Source: the human T2T-CHM13v2.0 reference genome, Homo sapiens. Taken from it: DNA of 64,000 nt. The notes under the pieces are model-generated. The model saw only the letters and a program-made list of their open reading frames with translations, made no database searches and was not told the DNA's origin. Positions 46,776 to 63,995 of the stretch are shown in pieces (positions within the stretch are counted from its first letter, which is position 1; each line of letters begins with the position of its first letter). The DNA is taken from the NCBI RefSeq assembly GCF_009914755.1, contig NC_060943.1; one strand, given 5' to 3'. Position numbers and translations under genes: made by a program.

Positions 46776-47559
46776 GAAAAAGAAAATAAATTAGCTTATT
46801 CATTTGTCTGACCCTCACACCAGACTGAGCCCTATAAACTCAGAGGTTTTTTTTTTTTTCTTGGCTTCTTGTGTTTACTGGTACACAGCAGGTGCTCAAT
46901 ACATGCTTGTGAAGGGAAGAATTCAAGGGGAAGTGAAAGTGAACAGGACTCTCCTAGCGAGGGGCATGGCTGGGGTAAGGGCTTGGAGGTGGGGACTTGT
47001 GATGGGAACTTGTGAACTCCAAGCGTCTGAAGTGGGAGCCCAGCCTTCTCCCGTTCCATGGTAAGTTTTGAGTTTCCACGTCTCACCACTCAAGCATCAC
47101 AGATCCCATCTCCAGCACCGTGTTGGCCACTCTGGGAACTGCTGCCTGTCCCCATGTGGCCCCCTCCCCGTGACAGCCTTCTGGCCAGAGACCACGGGTG
47201 CCTCCTTTGCTCCAGCCCTGCCTTCCTGCCTCTCCATCGGAGGCATCCCAGACGATGCTGCTGCCACAGATGAAACTCACTTGATGCTGGGGAAGGCCCG
47301 GCACAGATGTCCCCAGAATGGAACATCTGGGCTGCATGTTGCTGGCAGCTGGTGGGAACCAGGACGCTGTGAAGTGCACCCACATCTCTGGGAGGCTGGG
47401 TGGCCCTGAGCCGCCTCCTGGTCCTGCCATCTGTCTGCGGCCAAAGATTCCCTGATGGTTTCTCTGGGTTAAGGACCCAGAGAAAGGACCCAGAACTGAC
47501 TGTCATTTCTAATTTCTCCATCTCCCTCCCTCCCCACTTCCTTCCATCATCGAGACCTG

Positions 47560-48140
47560 GGGCTGTCACTCTTAATTATACCCTGGATCCAAGCATATTG
47601 CTCCAGCTCACTCCCACTGCCCTGCCCGAGCCAGACCAGCACCATCATTTGCCTGAACTAGTGCAATAGCACCTATTGGTTAGGTCTCAGCTACTTCCCT
47701 GACCTGGCCTCCTCTTGCTCTTCCTGCCTCACTAACTCTGTTCCAGCCACGCTGGTCTCTCTGCTGTTGTTTGAACATGCCAGGTATGCGGAAGCCTCAG
47801 AGGCTTCGCACTGGCTGTTCCCTCTGCCTAGAATGATCTGCTCCCCAGATCTCCCCATGGCTTGCTCCTCCTCATCCTCCAAATCTCTGTTCAAATATCA
47901 CCTCCTCCAAGAAGCCCGCCTGATTTCCCTTGCACATTCAATCTCCATGGCCTCTCTGACCCCAACTTCTCCCTCTCTGCTCCAGCTGCACGGGCCTCCT
48001 TGCTGTTCCTTCGACACACCAGACACAGTCCTGTCCCAGGGCCTTTGCCTGGGCTGTGCCCTCTGCCCAGAACCCTCCTCTCTTTTGCCTGGGAAATTTC
48101 TGCTTATCTTCTTAGCCCCAGCTGCAATGTCCATCCCCCA
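47560..48140 (+). mobile_element. L2 fragments (two consecutive copies of the same 3' segment)
   Basis: ctctgttccagccacgctgg... at 47736 and ctctgctccagctgcacggg... at 47975. Confidence 0.75.
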
Positions 48141-48802
48141 GCTCCTCTCCCCAGACTCCCCCAGATCCCAAGGGCCTGGGTGTGTCTGTGTCTGGCTGTG
48201 TCTCCACAGCAGCCTGGAACCCCCTAGGGGCCCCTTTGTACACAGCTGGTCACACAATGGCCATCTTAAACCATTTCCTGACCTGAATTCACTTTTCCTT
48301 TTCAGATGTCTCTCAGCCTGAGTTTCCTTCCAGAATTTCCATGAACCAGGGGGTTGGCTGCAGTGTCTGTTTGAAAGATGTGGCTGGGGATATGAAGGGA
48401 CTGCCTTGAAGCTGAGTTGACATGGCAGGCTCACCTTTTCAACTTGGATGGTCAGTTTCCTTGGTGTGGCTTTGGGGTTCCTGATGAAGGTTTTAAAGGG
48501 GTCAAAAGCCCCCCAAACCATCCCCTTGGCAGTGCCCATCTCCCCCTCTGGCTACCCAGGGTCTCATCCCTCTCTGGGTATCTCCTTCTTGGTCCCTGTT
48601 TCCTGCTCCCATCCCCCAGTGCAGACGTCACTTAAGGGGGTATTGAACTACATGGTCAGAGGCAAAGACAAGCCTGGTGGCTAACACTGATCCTGGAGCC
48701 ACGTGGCCTGGGTTCAGGTCCCAGGCTGCTGCTTTTGTTCATAGTTCGTGATCTTGATCTCTCTGGGTCTCAGTTTCCCTATCTCTAAAATTGAGATAAT
48801 GG

Positions 48803-49120
48803 AGGCCAGACACGCTGGCTCACACCCATGATCCCAGCACTTCGGGAGGCTGAGGCAGGAGGGTCACTTGAGCCCAGGAGTTCAAGACTAGCCTGGGCAA
48901 TATAGTGAGATCCCTATCTCTATGAAAAAAAACATTTTTTTTAAAATTAGCTGGGTGCGGTGATACATGCCTGTGGTCCCAGCTACTCGGGAGGCTGAGG
49001 TGAGAGGATCGCTGAGTCTAGGGGGAAGAGGTTGAGGCAGCAGTGAGCTATGATTGAAGGACTGCACTCCAGCCTGGGCAACAGAGTGAGACCTTGTCTC
49101 TAAAATAAATAAATACATAA
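48803..49120 (+). mobile_element. Alu (AluJ-like) inserted in a MIR
   Basis: Dimer flanked by MIR halves (tctcagtttccctatctctaaaat / ttaaaggattaaatgagtt). Confidence 0.9.
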
Positions 49121-49399
49121 ATAAAATGGGCATAATGGTACCTTCCTGTTCACTTTATGTTAAAGGATTAAATGAGTTCATACGTGTGTGTACCTAAAAT
49201 GGGGTTGCAAACCACTGAATTATCAGCTGCTGCTATTCTTACTATTTTTAATTTTTCCAATCTCCCAGGGCTCAACCCCAGCCACGCTGTCCTCTGCTCC
49301 TGAGTACAGGGTCTCGGCCCCTCAGCTCCTACTCTGAAGCAGCCACGGCTGCTGGAAGAAGGTTCTGGAAGAAAGGGGAGGGGCTGCCTGGCGGCTGCT

Positions 49400-50050
49400 C
49401 TCCGTGCCACATTTGCAGAGTGAGCCGAATGTATTTACTTAGAACAGAGGTTTTTGTTGTGGACTTTGGGGAGTTTGGCGGGGCGGGGGTGGGGGTGGGG
49501 AGAGGCTGAAGGTCCTCCCACCAAGAGAGCCCCTCTGACGGACTAGAGCCGCTCCAGCATCGCCAGGGACGAAGGAATTAAAAATCAAGACCCCATTCCA
49601 GACATGCCACTTCGCGTTGGGTGGCGGGGACCTTGAAGAAACCCCTAGAAGTGACCCCGGGGGTGACCTTTGCCTGTAGCCTCGCTCAGCCAATGAGGAA
49701 GCCCACTGTGGGTGCTTGGAAACCGTTTCCATGACACCCAGGAGCCGCCGGTCCCTGGAAGGGCCTGGTCTGAGGGTGAGGGGCTCGGATCGGGGGCGGG
49801 GGGCGAGATGCTTGCTCAGTAACCATGGCAACGCCAGCAGCTGCGGGAGGCAGGCCCAGCTGGCACGGAGGCGCCTGCCCCTCTTCCCTCCCCACCGTCC
49901 CGGCTCTCCTTCTGGCACAAACAGGAAGGCTGAGACCCAGGGACACCTGTCATCCGCTCCAGGTTGCCCTCCCGGAATGAGAACTGCACCCTATAGAGTG
50001 TTAACACTGGGGGCTCCGGTGGAGCCCGGTGGGGGCCGGGTCTTAGGAAG
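49400..50050. promoter_or_regulatory. CpG-enriched promoter/enhancer-like element
   Basis: Local CpG excess; GC boxes (~49480, ~49793), AGCCAATGAG (49688), X-boxes GTTTCCATGACACC (49725) and GTAACCATGGCAAC (49819), G4 motif 49480-49500. Confidence 0.65.
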
Positions 50051-50061
50051 CAAAGCAATGG

Positions 50062-50375
<314 letters not shown>

Positions 50376-51729
50376 AAGAAAGCAATGGGGCCAGGCCTGG
50401 TGCGTCACGCCTGTCATCAGAGAGGAGGGCGGGGGGAGGAAGGGAGGAAGGAGAAAATAAAAAAGACAAGACGAGACAAGAAGAGGTCTGGAAGTCTTGA
50501 CAGGGAAAATCTGGAGGGCTTCCTGATGGAGGTGAGCGTGTCCCAAGCTTCCTCAGCCAGCACCAGGGTGAGGGTGGCCACCACATCAGTGCCCCACCTG
50601 TTCCAAGATTTATTTAACATTTTCTTCCCAACTGAATCATGTCCTCGCTAGTGAGTGTATTTAAAAACAGCAGCTCTGCTTCCCTGAAAATGGAGAGCCG
50701 GTTGCACCTGCCACAAACAGAAGGTGGGTGGTAAAACTCACATGACAGAAACAAAACGCAGTTATTTCATTCTAGTGAGGTGTCGCTGCCTGCCCGAGGC
50801 TGGGAGCCTGCAGCCTGTGATTGCTTTGCCTAAAAAGAGGATTCGCGAGGGCTAGGAAAGGGTTAAACTCCCCTGATTACCCAGCAGAGACCCTGTCCTT
50901 TAAATCATCAGAAGGAAGGAAAGAGGACTGGAAAGGGGCTGGCTGTCTCACCCTGCCAGCTAATGCTATTTAGAAACTCGTTGGGGGACGATGTGAAATC
51001 ACTCTGGGCCCTACTAGTGAGGGGAATCCTGACCTACAGAATAAGGATTTGGTTAGGAGGAGAGGAAAGGGGTTCCAGGAGTACAGTATAAGCAAAGGCT
51101 AGGAGGAAGGACTGAAGAGAAGACGTGCTGCTGGGAGAGATTTTCTCTGATGTTTTCCAACAAGGGAGGTGTTAGGGGGAAAGCCGATGAACAATGAGGT
51201 CTGAGTGAGCGGGGACCTGAGGCACCATCTGGGGCTGTCTGGGAGGAGGAAGTATTATCTGGGAGGTAGAGGAAGAAGGGGAGGGAAAGAGCAGCAAGAG
51301 AAGGAGCCAGTATGGGGGACATTGGTGAGCAGGTGACTGGCATGGGCACCCGGAACTTGATCCTGCTGGGTACTACTGTATGAGGCGTGATTCAGAGGTG
51401 TCCCAGCAGAGGGGCGAGGGAGCTGGGGTATTTATCCTCCAACACCAGCCAATCCTTGTCTGAGGGCTGCTCCTAGGGGCCAGTCCCTGGCACACATGGG
51501 TCCAGTGCAGTCCTGAGGACAGAGAATGCCAGTGGGTAGAGGGAAGCAGGTGCTGGCAGCTGGGACCCATCTGGGGACATGGGCAGGGTACCTGTGGCAT
51601 CTGCCTCATCCCCTTTTACAGACGCATCCCCAAGGTCACTCAGCAATGTGAGGATTTGAACCCAGGCCTGTGACATCAAGTTCCCTGCTGTTTCCACATC
51701 ACCACAGTGGCTGAATCTACTCCCTTGAG

Positions 51730-51875
51730 AAGTGTCTGAAAACGAAGGATTCCAGGCTCAGATAAGTTTAGGAAGGTACCTCCTTCCTCCCCAACCTTGG
51801 AGACTCAGATTTGTATAGTAAAGGCTCTGACAAGTCCTGCAGATAAAGGACACCTGTTGAACAGTTTCCCAGGTG
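51730..51875. mobile_element. hAT-Charlie remnant (MER103-like)
   Basis: taaaggctctgacaagtcctgcag...acctgtt resembles this family; assignment from memory. Confidence 0.45.
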
Positions 51876-51888
51876 AGCAGAAACATAG

Positions 51889-52200
<312 letters not shown>

Positions 52201-52607
52201 GGGCCCAGTGTCTTTTCTACCCTCTTCACAGCTAGAATATAGTGCCTGGCATGTGACAGATGTCCTGTGAGCTCAATTTCCTCAATGGATAAATGAATGA
52301 ATGAGTGAGTGCAGATCCTCATACCCACCTTCTGGATAAGGAAGCTGAGGCACGGAGAGGTTAAGTTGCCTGGATGAAGAGCTGGGCTTTAGCCACCTGA
52401 CACCCCAGAACGAAGGTTTTTAATCCTGATACTGAGCTCCCCAAGAGAGCCAGAGCGTAGGGAGTGAGAAGGGGAGTAGCAGTGAAGGAGTTAACTGCTC
52501 CCCCACTGGATTCATCAGGCCTTGGGTCACTTTGTGCCCGAATTCAAGAATTCACGTAGAGTTTCCCTCTCCCCTGGCTCACCCCGCCTCCAGGGGGAAG
52601 CATATTC

Positions 52608-52621
52608 GTTTCCATGGCAAC
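52608..52621. promoter_or_regulatory. RFX X-box
   Basis: GTTTCCATGGCAAC, 13/14 to the palindromic consensus, in unique DNA. Confidence 0.7.
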
Positions 52622-53059
52622 CATGTTGTCGGCTGTCCGACTAGGTCTGAGTGACAGCTACTGGGGCCAGATGAAGTCACTCGCCACCCACACTGGAGAC
52701 AGAGGAGCCGGCCCAGAAGTGCCAACACCAGAGACAGGCTTGAGGGGTTTACCTCGTTTGCCAGCAAGGCGGGGAGCTGGTCAGGGCGGGGGAAAATCTC
52801 CCTGCTGGCCGACATCCCACCATGATAACTCCGTGCCTTGGTGTCTTAAAGACTCTGCTGGCTCCAGGGCTTCCGAGAGAGCTTAGATCTTAGCTGTGTC
52901 TGCCTGAGTACCCTGAAGGAGAGATTGCATCTGATCTATTTTATAACACCCACTCCCAGCACTGAACCTGGTACACAGTAGGTGCCTAATAAATGCTTAG
53001 GACGCAAGGGAGGGAGGAATGGAGGGAGGGAGGAAGAGATGATCAGCCAAAGCACTTTA

Positions 53060-53215
53060 ATTCTTACCTAACACTCAAGTTATCTTCCAACATTCCACTT
53101 ATCAGGCAGGCTTCTCTTATCAGTTAACCTTTTAGTTATCAGCCTACACTTTAGTTGTCAGCTAACACCTAAGTTATCAGCTAACACTTTACTTATCAGC
53201 TAACACCTCAGCTAG
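53060..53215. repeat. 19-bp minisatellite (consensus ~TTATCAGCTAACACTTTAG) carrying GATA motifs
   Basis: TTATC[A/T] at 53080, 53099, 53117, 53136, 53174, 53193 and TTGTCA at 53155. Confidence 0.88.
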
Positions 53216-53722
53216 CATCTTTGTCAGAAAATTTCAGGACAAGCTGAAAAATGGAGAACTGAGCCTCAGAAAGCAGGATTCTTGCTTTCAAATCCCTCCT
53301 CTTCTTCCCGCCTCCACCCCACTGACCCCCACGAGGCAGAAGGAACTGATTATGGCCAACACGGAAGGATTGGAGGCAGGGAAGGGCAGGTTCTGGGATC
53401 AGAGAGAATTCCAAAGTGAAAAATGCATGCTCAGTTCTTAAGGAAGGATTTTTCAACACCTGTGGAACTGTCCAAAGCCTGAATGGATTGCCCTAAGTGG
53501 TAGTGAGGTCCCCATCACAGGAGGTAACCAAGACAATCTGTAAAACCATGCCAGGAAAATGATGCAGGGATTGGAGTAGGGGGATCCTGAGACTCCTTTC
53601 TTTCTGACTCTATGATTGGGTGGCAGTTCTAAGACTCTACACCTGGGATTCAGCAGCCATTCACAAGCTTCCACGATGCCACAGGTCTACGCCCTCATTC
53701 TAAGATCTCTCGATTAGTCCTA

Positions 53723-55270
<1,548 letters not shown>

Positions 55271-55548
55271 ACAAGACAAAAACAAAAACAGCAAGGAGAC
55301 AGTAGAGGGGGATTGGAGGGTGTGACTGAGGAGGGGCCATCTGAGTTGAGAAGGAGCCAGAAGTGCAAAGCGCCAGGAGTTTCCAAGCAGAGAGGACAGC
55401 ACGTACCAAGGACCAGTGGTGGGAATGAGCTTGGAGACACGGACACACAGAATCAGAGACAGACCGAAACAAAGAGACAGAGACAGGCGCTCAGGGAGAC
55501 CCTAACAGAGACAGACAGACAAAGAGACAAGGGTCTCTCATTGGCCGG

Positions 55549-57161
<1,613 letters not shown>

Positions 57162-57459
57162 TCAGGTAAGCCAGTGAATTAACAAATGACTGCACTGTGG
57201 GAGTCAGAACAGTTTTGCAAAGCTCCATGTCAACTCAGGCCAACCTCACCTCTAAATGGGGGAACAGAATGCAGGGAATCCCCCAGTTCAGAGGCCCAAA
57301 CCTTGCACTTGTTTCTCCAGAAGGAGAAAGAGCTGGAGATTGCTCACTAAGCTGAGAACTTTTCTATGTCCCATTGCACAGCATCCTCCCCACGACCGTG
57401 CAAAGTAGGAACTCACTATCCCTTTTACAGTTGAAGAGACTGAGGCTCAGAGTGGGCAC

Positions 57460-58328
57460 TGTATTGGGCAGCTTACGAAGATGTCCTCATTTGATCCCAC
57501 TTCTGGTACTCCTGCCCTTGTGGAATCTCTTCTCCTTCTTATAAAGGATAAAATACAGTTGGGCGTGGTGGCTTGCACCTGTAATTATGGCTTATTGGGA
57601 GGCTGAGGTAGGAGGATCTCATGAGCCCATGAATTTGAGGCTGCAGTGAGCTATGATACCATCATTGCACTCCAGCCTGGGTGACAGAGCAAAATCACAT
57701 CTCTTTTTTTTTTTTTTTTTTTTTGAGACAGGGTCTCACTTTGTCACCCATGCTAGAGTGCAGTGGCATGATCACGGCTCACTGCAGCCTCAGTTCCCAG
57801 GCTCAGGTGATCCTCCTACCTCAGCCTCCTGAGTAGCTAGGACTATATGCATGTGTCACTATGCTCAGCTAATTTGTTTAAAAAATTTTTTTTGTAGAGA
57901 TGGTGGAGGGAGGGTCTCACCCTATTTCCCAGGCTGGTCTCAAACTCCCGGCCTCAAGTGATCCTCCTGCCTTGGCCTCCCAAGGTGCTGGTATTACAGG
58001 CATGAGCCACTGTGCCCAGCCTCTTGCTAGCTTTGATGAAGCAGGCTGATGTGGTCAGGAGGCCCACATGGCGAGAACCTGGGTAGCCTCCGCCATCAAG
58101 GAACTAAGTATTGCTGACAACCATGTGAATGTGGAAGCAAATCCTACCCCGTTGAGCCTTCAGATGAGACTCTATTGCTGGCCAACACCTCGTGACAGCC
58201 TGAAGTACAGGACCCAGTCAAGCTATACCCAGATTCCTGATCTGCAGAAACTGAGATCATAAGTGAGTGTTGTTTTAAGCCACTAAGTTTTGGGGTAGTT
58301 TTTTACACAGCAATAGCTAACCAATACA
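57460..58328 (+). mobile_element. MLT1 (E/F-like) LTR interrupted by tail-to-tail Alus 57559-57702(+) and 57703-58020(-)
   Basis: Ends gttgttttaagccactaagttttggggtagtt...acagcaatagctaaccaataca. Confidence 0.85.
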
Positions 58329-58372
58329 AACAATCAGTTGCCTGAGGTCACGCAACAAAAATTAACAGAGTC

Positions 58373-58755
58373 AGGCTGGTTGCCGTGGCTCAGGCCTGTA
58401 ATCCCAGCACTTTGGGAGGCCAAGGTAGGCAGATCACCTGAAGTCAGGAGTTTGAGACCAGCCTGGCCAACATGGGAAAACCCTGTCTCTACTAAAAATA
58501 CAAAAATTAGCCAGGCTTGGTGGCACATGCCTGTAGTGCCAGCTACTCAGGAGGCTGAGGCAGGAGAATCACTTGAACCTAGGAGGTGGAGGTTGCAGGG
58601 AGCCAAGATCACATCACTGCACTCCAACCTGGATGACAGAGTAAGACTCTGTCTCAAAAAAGAAAGAAAGAAAGAAAGAACGAAAAAGAGAAAGAAAAGA
58701 AAGAAAGAGGAAAAGAAAAGGAAGAAGGGAGGGAGGGAGAGAGAGAGAGAGAAGA
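58373..58755 (+). mobile_element. Alu with purine-microsatellite tail
   Basis: Dimer plus (GAAA)/(GA)n. Confidence 0.92.
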
Positions 58756-58874
58756 GCGCAACCAAGAGAGAGCGCAACCATTCTCCCTCACAGGGAAGAC
58801 TGCTGGCTGCGGCAAAGGATGAGTGAGAAGGCCAAACCCTGGGGTTTCCTTTCCTCTCCTGGCACCAGGGCTGT

Positions 58875-58895
58875 GTCGCTGTCCGTGGTACTGAA
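58875..58895 (-). promoter_or_regulatory. REST/NRSF RE1 site
   Basis: Reverse complement TTCAGTACCACGGACAGCGAC, 19/21 to consensus, CpGs retained, in unique DNA. Confidence 0.82.
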
Positions 58896-59189
58896 CGGTG
58901 CTGGTAGGAGCGGCTTAAGGGAGGGTGGAGCATCTCCTGTTCCCTGCTAGCAGCTCCTTGGTAGGGAGCCTGCACTGTCCACATGCAGGGCTGCGAAATT
59001 CGGGGCTTTCAGGAACTTGCATGGTTCTTTCACAGAACCACCTCCCTGGCTCCGAGCTTGGTGACTTCTGCTAGCTTGAGCCTCTCCTTCTGGGGAGGCT
59101 GGCCTCCCAAATCCCACCTGGCCCCAAACCCTACCTACCCACGTGAGAATTCAGGGGATCCTGGGTTGTTGGGGTAACAGACCCAATCA

Positions 59190-59680
59190 GTTCTCTGTCT
59201 CTCTGTCTCCTTGTCTCTGTCTTTGCAACTGTCTTTGTCTCTGCCTCTCTCTCTATTCTCTTTCTGATTTTTTATTTTTCTCTGTGGCTTTCTTTCTCTG
59301 CCCATCTCTGTGTCTTCCTATCTCTGTGTGTATCTGTCTCCCTGTCTCTATCTCTGTCTTGTCTCTCTGTCTTTATTCCTGTCTTTGTCTCTCTGTCTCT
59401 GTGTCTCTTTGTTTCTGCCTGTCTCTCTATTCTTTCTTTTTGTCTCTGTGTCTCTGCCCACCTCTGTCTCTCTGTCTCTATCTCTGTCTTTGTCTCTGCC
59501 CATCTCTCTATTCTCTTTCTATTTGTCTCTGTCTGTGTCTCTCTCCACCTCTGTACCTCTCTGTCTCTGTCCGCCTGTCTTTCTATGTCTCTTTCCGTCT
59601 CTCTGTGTGTGTCTCTGTCTCTTCCTCTCTTTCTGGCTTTGTGTCTCTGCATTTCTTTCCAGTTCTCTCTCTTGCTCTCC
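59190..59680 (+). repeat. Degenerate (CTCTGT)n tract
   Basis: Visible; sub-unit ctctctattct recurs three times. Confidence 0.9.
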
Positions 59681-60044
59681 ACCACTCTAAAAGCCACAAA
59701 CCCTTCTGGCTGACCTGCAATGGGCCCAACTTTCTCCAGCCACCTGAGGAGAGGGAAAATGAAGCAAAGACCCCAGCCACTCACCCAGCCTGCATTCACC
59801 ACTTATAAGCGACAGGGTTTTGGGGCATAAACGGCCCTTGAGGCTAACTCCTGCCCCAGTCCGCCTCTGCCTCCCATCATCCCTTGTCACCATCTACACA
59901 GTGACATGATTGATAGGAGATCTTTCACTGCCTCTGATTCCCAAGGGCCGCTCCCCGCTCCACACCTAAAAACAAACCTCATTAGCCCCCAAACACCTGG
60001 AAGCAGGGAACATGAGGGGTGTGAATAATTTATTTTGTGAGTCA

Positions 60045-61380
<1,336 letters not shown>

Positions 61381-62084
61381 TTATAAAAAATAAAAGACCC
61401 CCTTTCCCTTCAAAATCCAGCCCCTTAAGCCTTCATCTCCTCTCCTGCGCCCCATTCTGCTCCAGCCACACTGGCCTCCTTGCCACTCCTCCAATGCACA
61501 AGCAACTTCCCACCCCTGAGCCTTTGCATTTGCAGCCCCCTCCTCCTAGCATGCCCTGCCCTGGACTCCTCCCGTGATGAGCTCCTTCTCATCCTTCAAG
61601 CCTCAGCTCACACATCGCCTCCCGGATCTCACAGTGGTAGGATTTAGAGAGGGGGCGTGGGGTAGGAGGGTGTGCTTGGCAGGGAGCTCCGTGTGGGCAA
61701 GGACTTGGTGCCAAGACGGTTGAGACTGAATCAGCTGAATATGAAGATGGGCAGGTGGAGAGGTGGGTGGGGCTGGGAAAACCGGGTTGAGGGAAAAGAT
61801 GCCTGGAAGAAGAAGGAGAAAAAAAAAAAAAAAAAAGGCTAGGGGCTGGGTTCCAGAGAGCCTCAAAGATGAGGATGAATAATCTGGGCTCCATCCCGGA
61901 AGAAAGGACTTGAGAACTATTCCTTATTTCTTCATGGAGCTGGGTCACGCTCCACCTTCACTGCTCATTCCTCCGCATGGTGGATTCCGCATTGTCTCAA
62001 GTCCCTCCATGCTCATGAGCCCAATTCTAGCCAGTCACTTGGGCCATTTCTTCCCTCTAGAGAACCTCATTATGACCCACACTG

Positions 62085-62650
62085 ATGTGGCAGAAAACGT
62101 CTGGCATCCATTAAAAAAATCCATGCCTCACTTCCCACAACGTAGAGTTACCCTGGGAAGTGGCTGCCCACCCATGGACTACATTTCCCAGATGCCCTTG
62201 CATTAGGTATGATCATGTGACATGTTCTGACCAATGGGATGTGGGTGGAAAGGATAAGTATTATTCCCAAGTCAAATACGTCTTAGTTCCCCACAAATTA
62301 CCATAAATGTAGTGACTTAAAACAACGCAAAATTATTATCCTAGAGTTCTGGAGATCAGAATTCTAAAATGTGGAAGGTTGTGTTTGCTCTGAAGACTCT
62401 AGGGGAGAAGCTGTTCCCTGGTCTTTTCCAGGTTCTAGGGGCTGACCACATTTCTAGGTTCACAGTCTCACATCCCTCTGACCTCTGCTTCTGGCTTTGC
62501 TCTTTGATGCTCCTGCTTTCCTCTTATAAGGGCCCCTGTGATGACGTTGGATTCACCTGGAATCTCCAAGAAAATCTCCCCATCTCAAGGTCTATAATTT
62601 AATCACACCTGCAAAATCTCTTTTGCCATATAAGGTAATAAATTCACAGT
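62085..62650. mobile_element. MLT1-type LTR remnants (two adjacent)
   Basis: ggactacatttcccagatgcccttgcattagg; agtgacttaaaacaac...tgcaaaatctcttttgccatataaggtaa. Confidence 0.8.
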
Positions 62651-63790
62651 TGTGAGAGTTCTTTATGTATTCTAGGTACCTGTTCCTTATTAGATGTATG
62701 ATTTACAAATATTTTCTTCCATCCTCTGGGTTGTCTATTCACTGTCTGGATGGTGTCCTTTGAAACACAGCATTTTAAAATTTTGATGAAGTCCTATTTA
62801 TCTGGTATTTCTTTGGTTGTTTGCGCTCTTAGTGTCATGTCTAAGAAACTATTGCCAGTCCCAAGATCATGAAACCCCTTTGTTTTTTTTTCCAAGAGTT
62901 TTATTGTTTTAACTCTTACATTTAAGTCTATGATGTATTTTGAGTTAAGTTTTGTGCTTGGTGTGAGGTAGGGATTCAACTTTACCCTTTTGCATGTGGA
63001 TATCCAGTTGTCCTGAAATCATTTGTTGAAAAGATTATTTGTTTCTCCATTGGATTGTCTTGGCCCTTGTTGAAAAGCAATTGACCATAAATGTCAGAGT
63101 TTATTTCTGGATTTTCAATTTTCTACCGTGGATCTAAAAGTCTATCATTGCGCCAGTACCCCATTGTTCTGCCTCCCAGGTTCACGCCATTCTCCTGCCT
63201 CACCCTCCCAAGTAGCTGGGACTACAGGCGCCCACCACCACACCCAGCTAATTTTTTGTATTTTTAGTAAAGACGGGGTTTCACCATGTTAGCCAGGATG
63301 GTCTGGATCTCCTGACCTCGTGATCCACCCACCTCAGCCTCCCAAAGTGCTGGGATTATAGGCGTGAGCCACTGTGCCTGGTTGATATAAGGTTTCTAAT
63401 CAGAAAGTGTAAGTCCTTCAACTTCATTATTTCATTTCAAGATGATTTTGGATACTCTAAGTGCCTTGAATTTCCATATAAATTTTAGAATGATCAATTT
63501 CTAAAAAAAAAGCTGAGATTTTAATAGGGATTGTTTTGAATCTACAGATCGGTTAAGGAGTATTAACAATATTACATTTTCTAATCCATGAATATGAGAG
63601 GTTTTTATTTAGGTCTTAAATTTCTTTCAACAATATTTTATAGTGCTCAGAGTATAAATTTTGCACTTTTCTGTTAAATTTACTCCTAAGTATTTTGTTC
63701 TTTTTGATGCTATCATAAAGATAATGATTTTCCTAATTTCACTTTCAGATTGTTCATTTCTAATATATACAAATGCAATTAACTTTGTTT
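62650..63790 (-). mobile_element. Old L1M ORF2 fragment interrupted by truncated Alu 63168-63382
   Basis: Track ORFs read PYLTPSTKLNSKYIIDLNVRVKTIKLLE and IASKRTKYLGVNLTEKCK (L1 ORF2-like). Confidence 0.92.
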
Positions 63791-63940
63791 TCTCCTTTTT
63801 TTTAATTTTATTTTTCCAAATTTTTACACTTAAAAAAAAAATTGATTCTTGGCCTGGGAAGTCGAGGCTGCAGTGAGCTATGATCACATGATTGCACTCC
63901 AGCCTGGGCAACAGATAGAGACTCTGTCTCCAAAAAATAA

Positions 63941-63995
63941 CATAACATAACATAACATAACATAACATAACATAACATAACATAACATAACATAA
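63941..63995 (+). repeat. (CATAA)11 pentanucleotide repeat in the tail of an Alu fragment (63858-63940)
   Basis: 11 perfect units counted. Confidence 0.95.

Noticed and set aside
53060-53215. CRISPR-like regular spacing
   Set aside because: Eukaryotic DNA, units are contiguous with no unique spacers and no cas genes; it is a minisatellite
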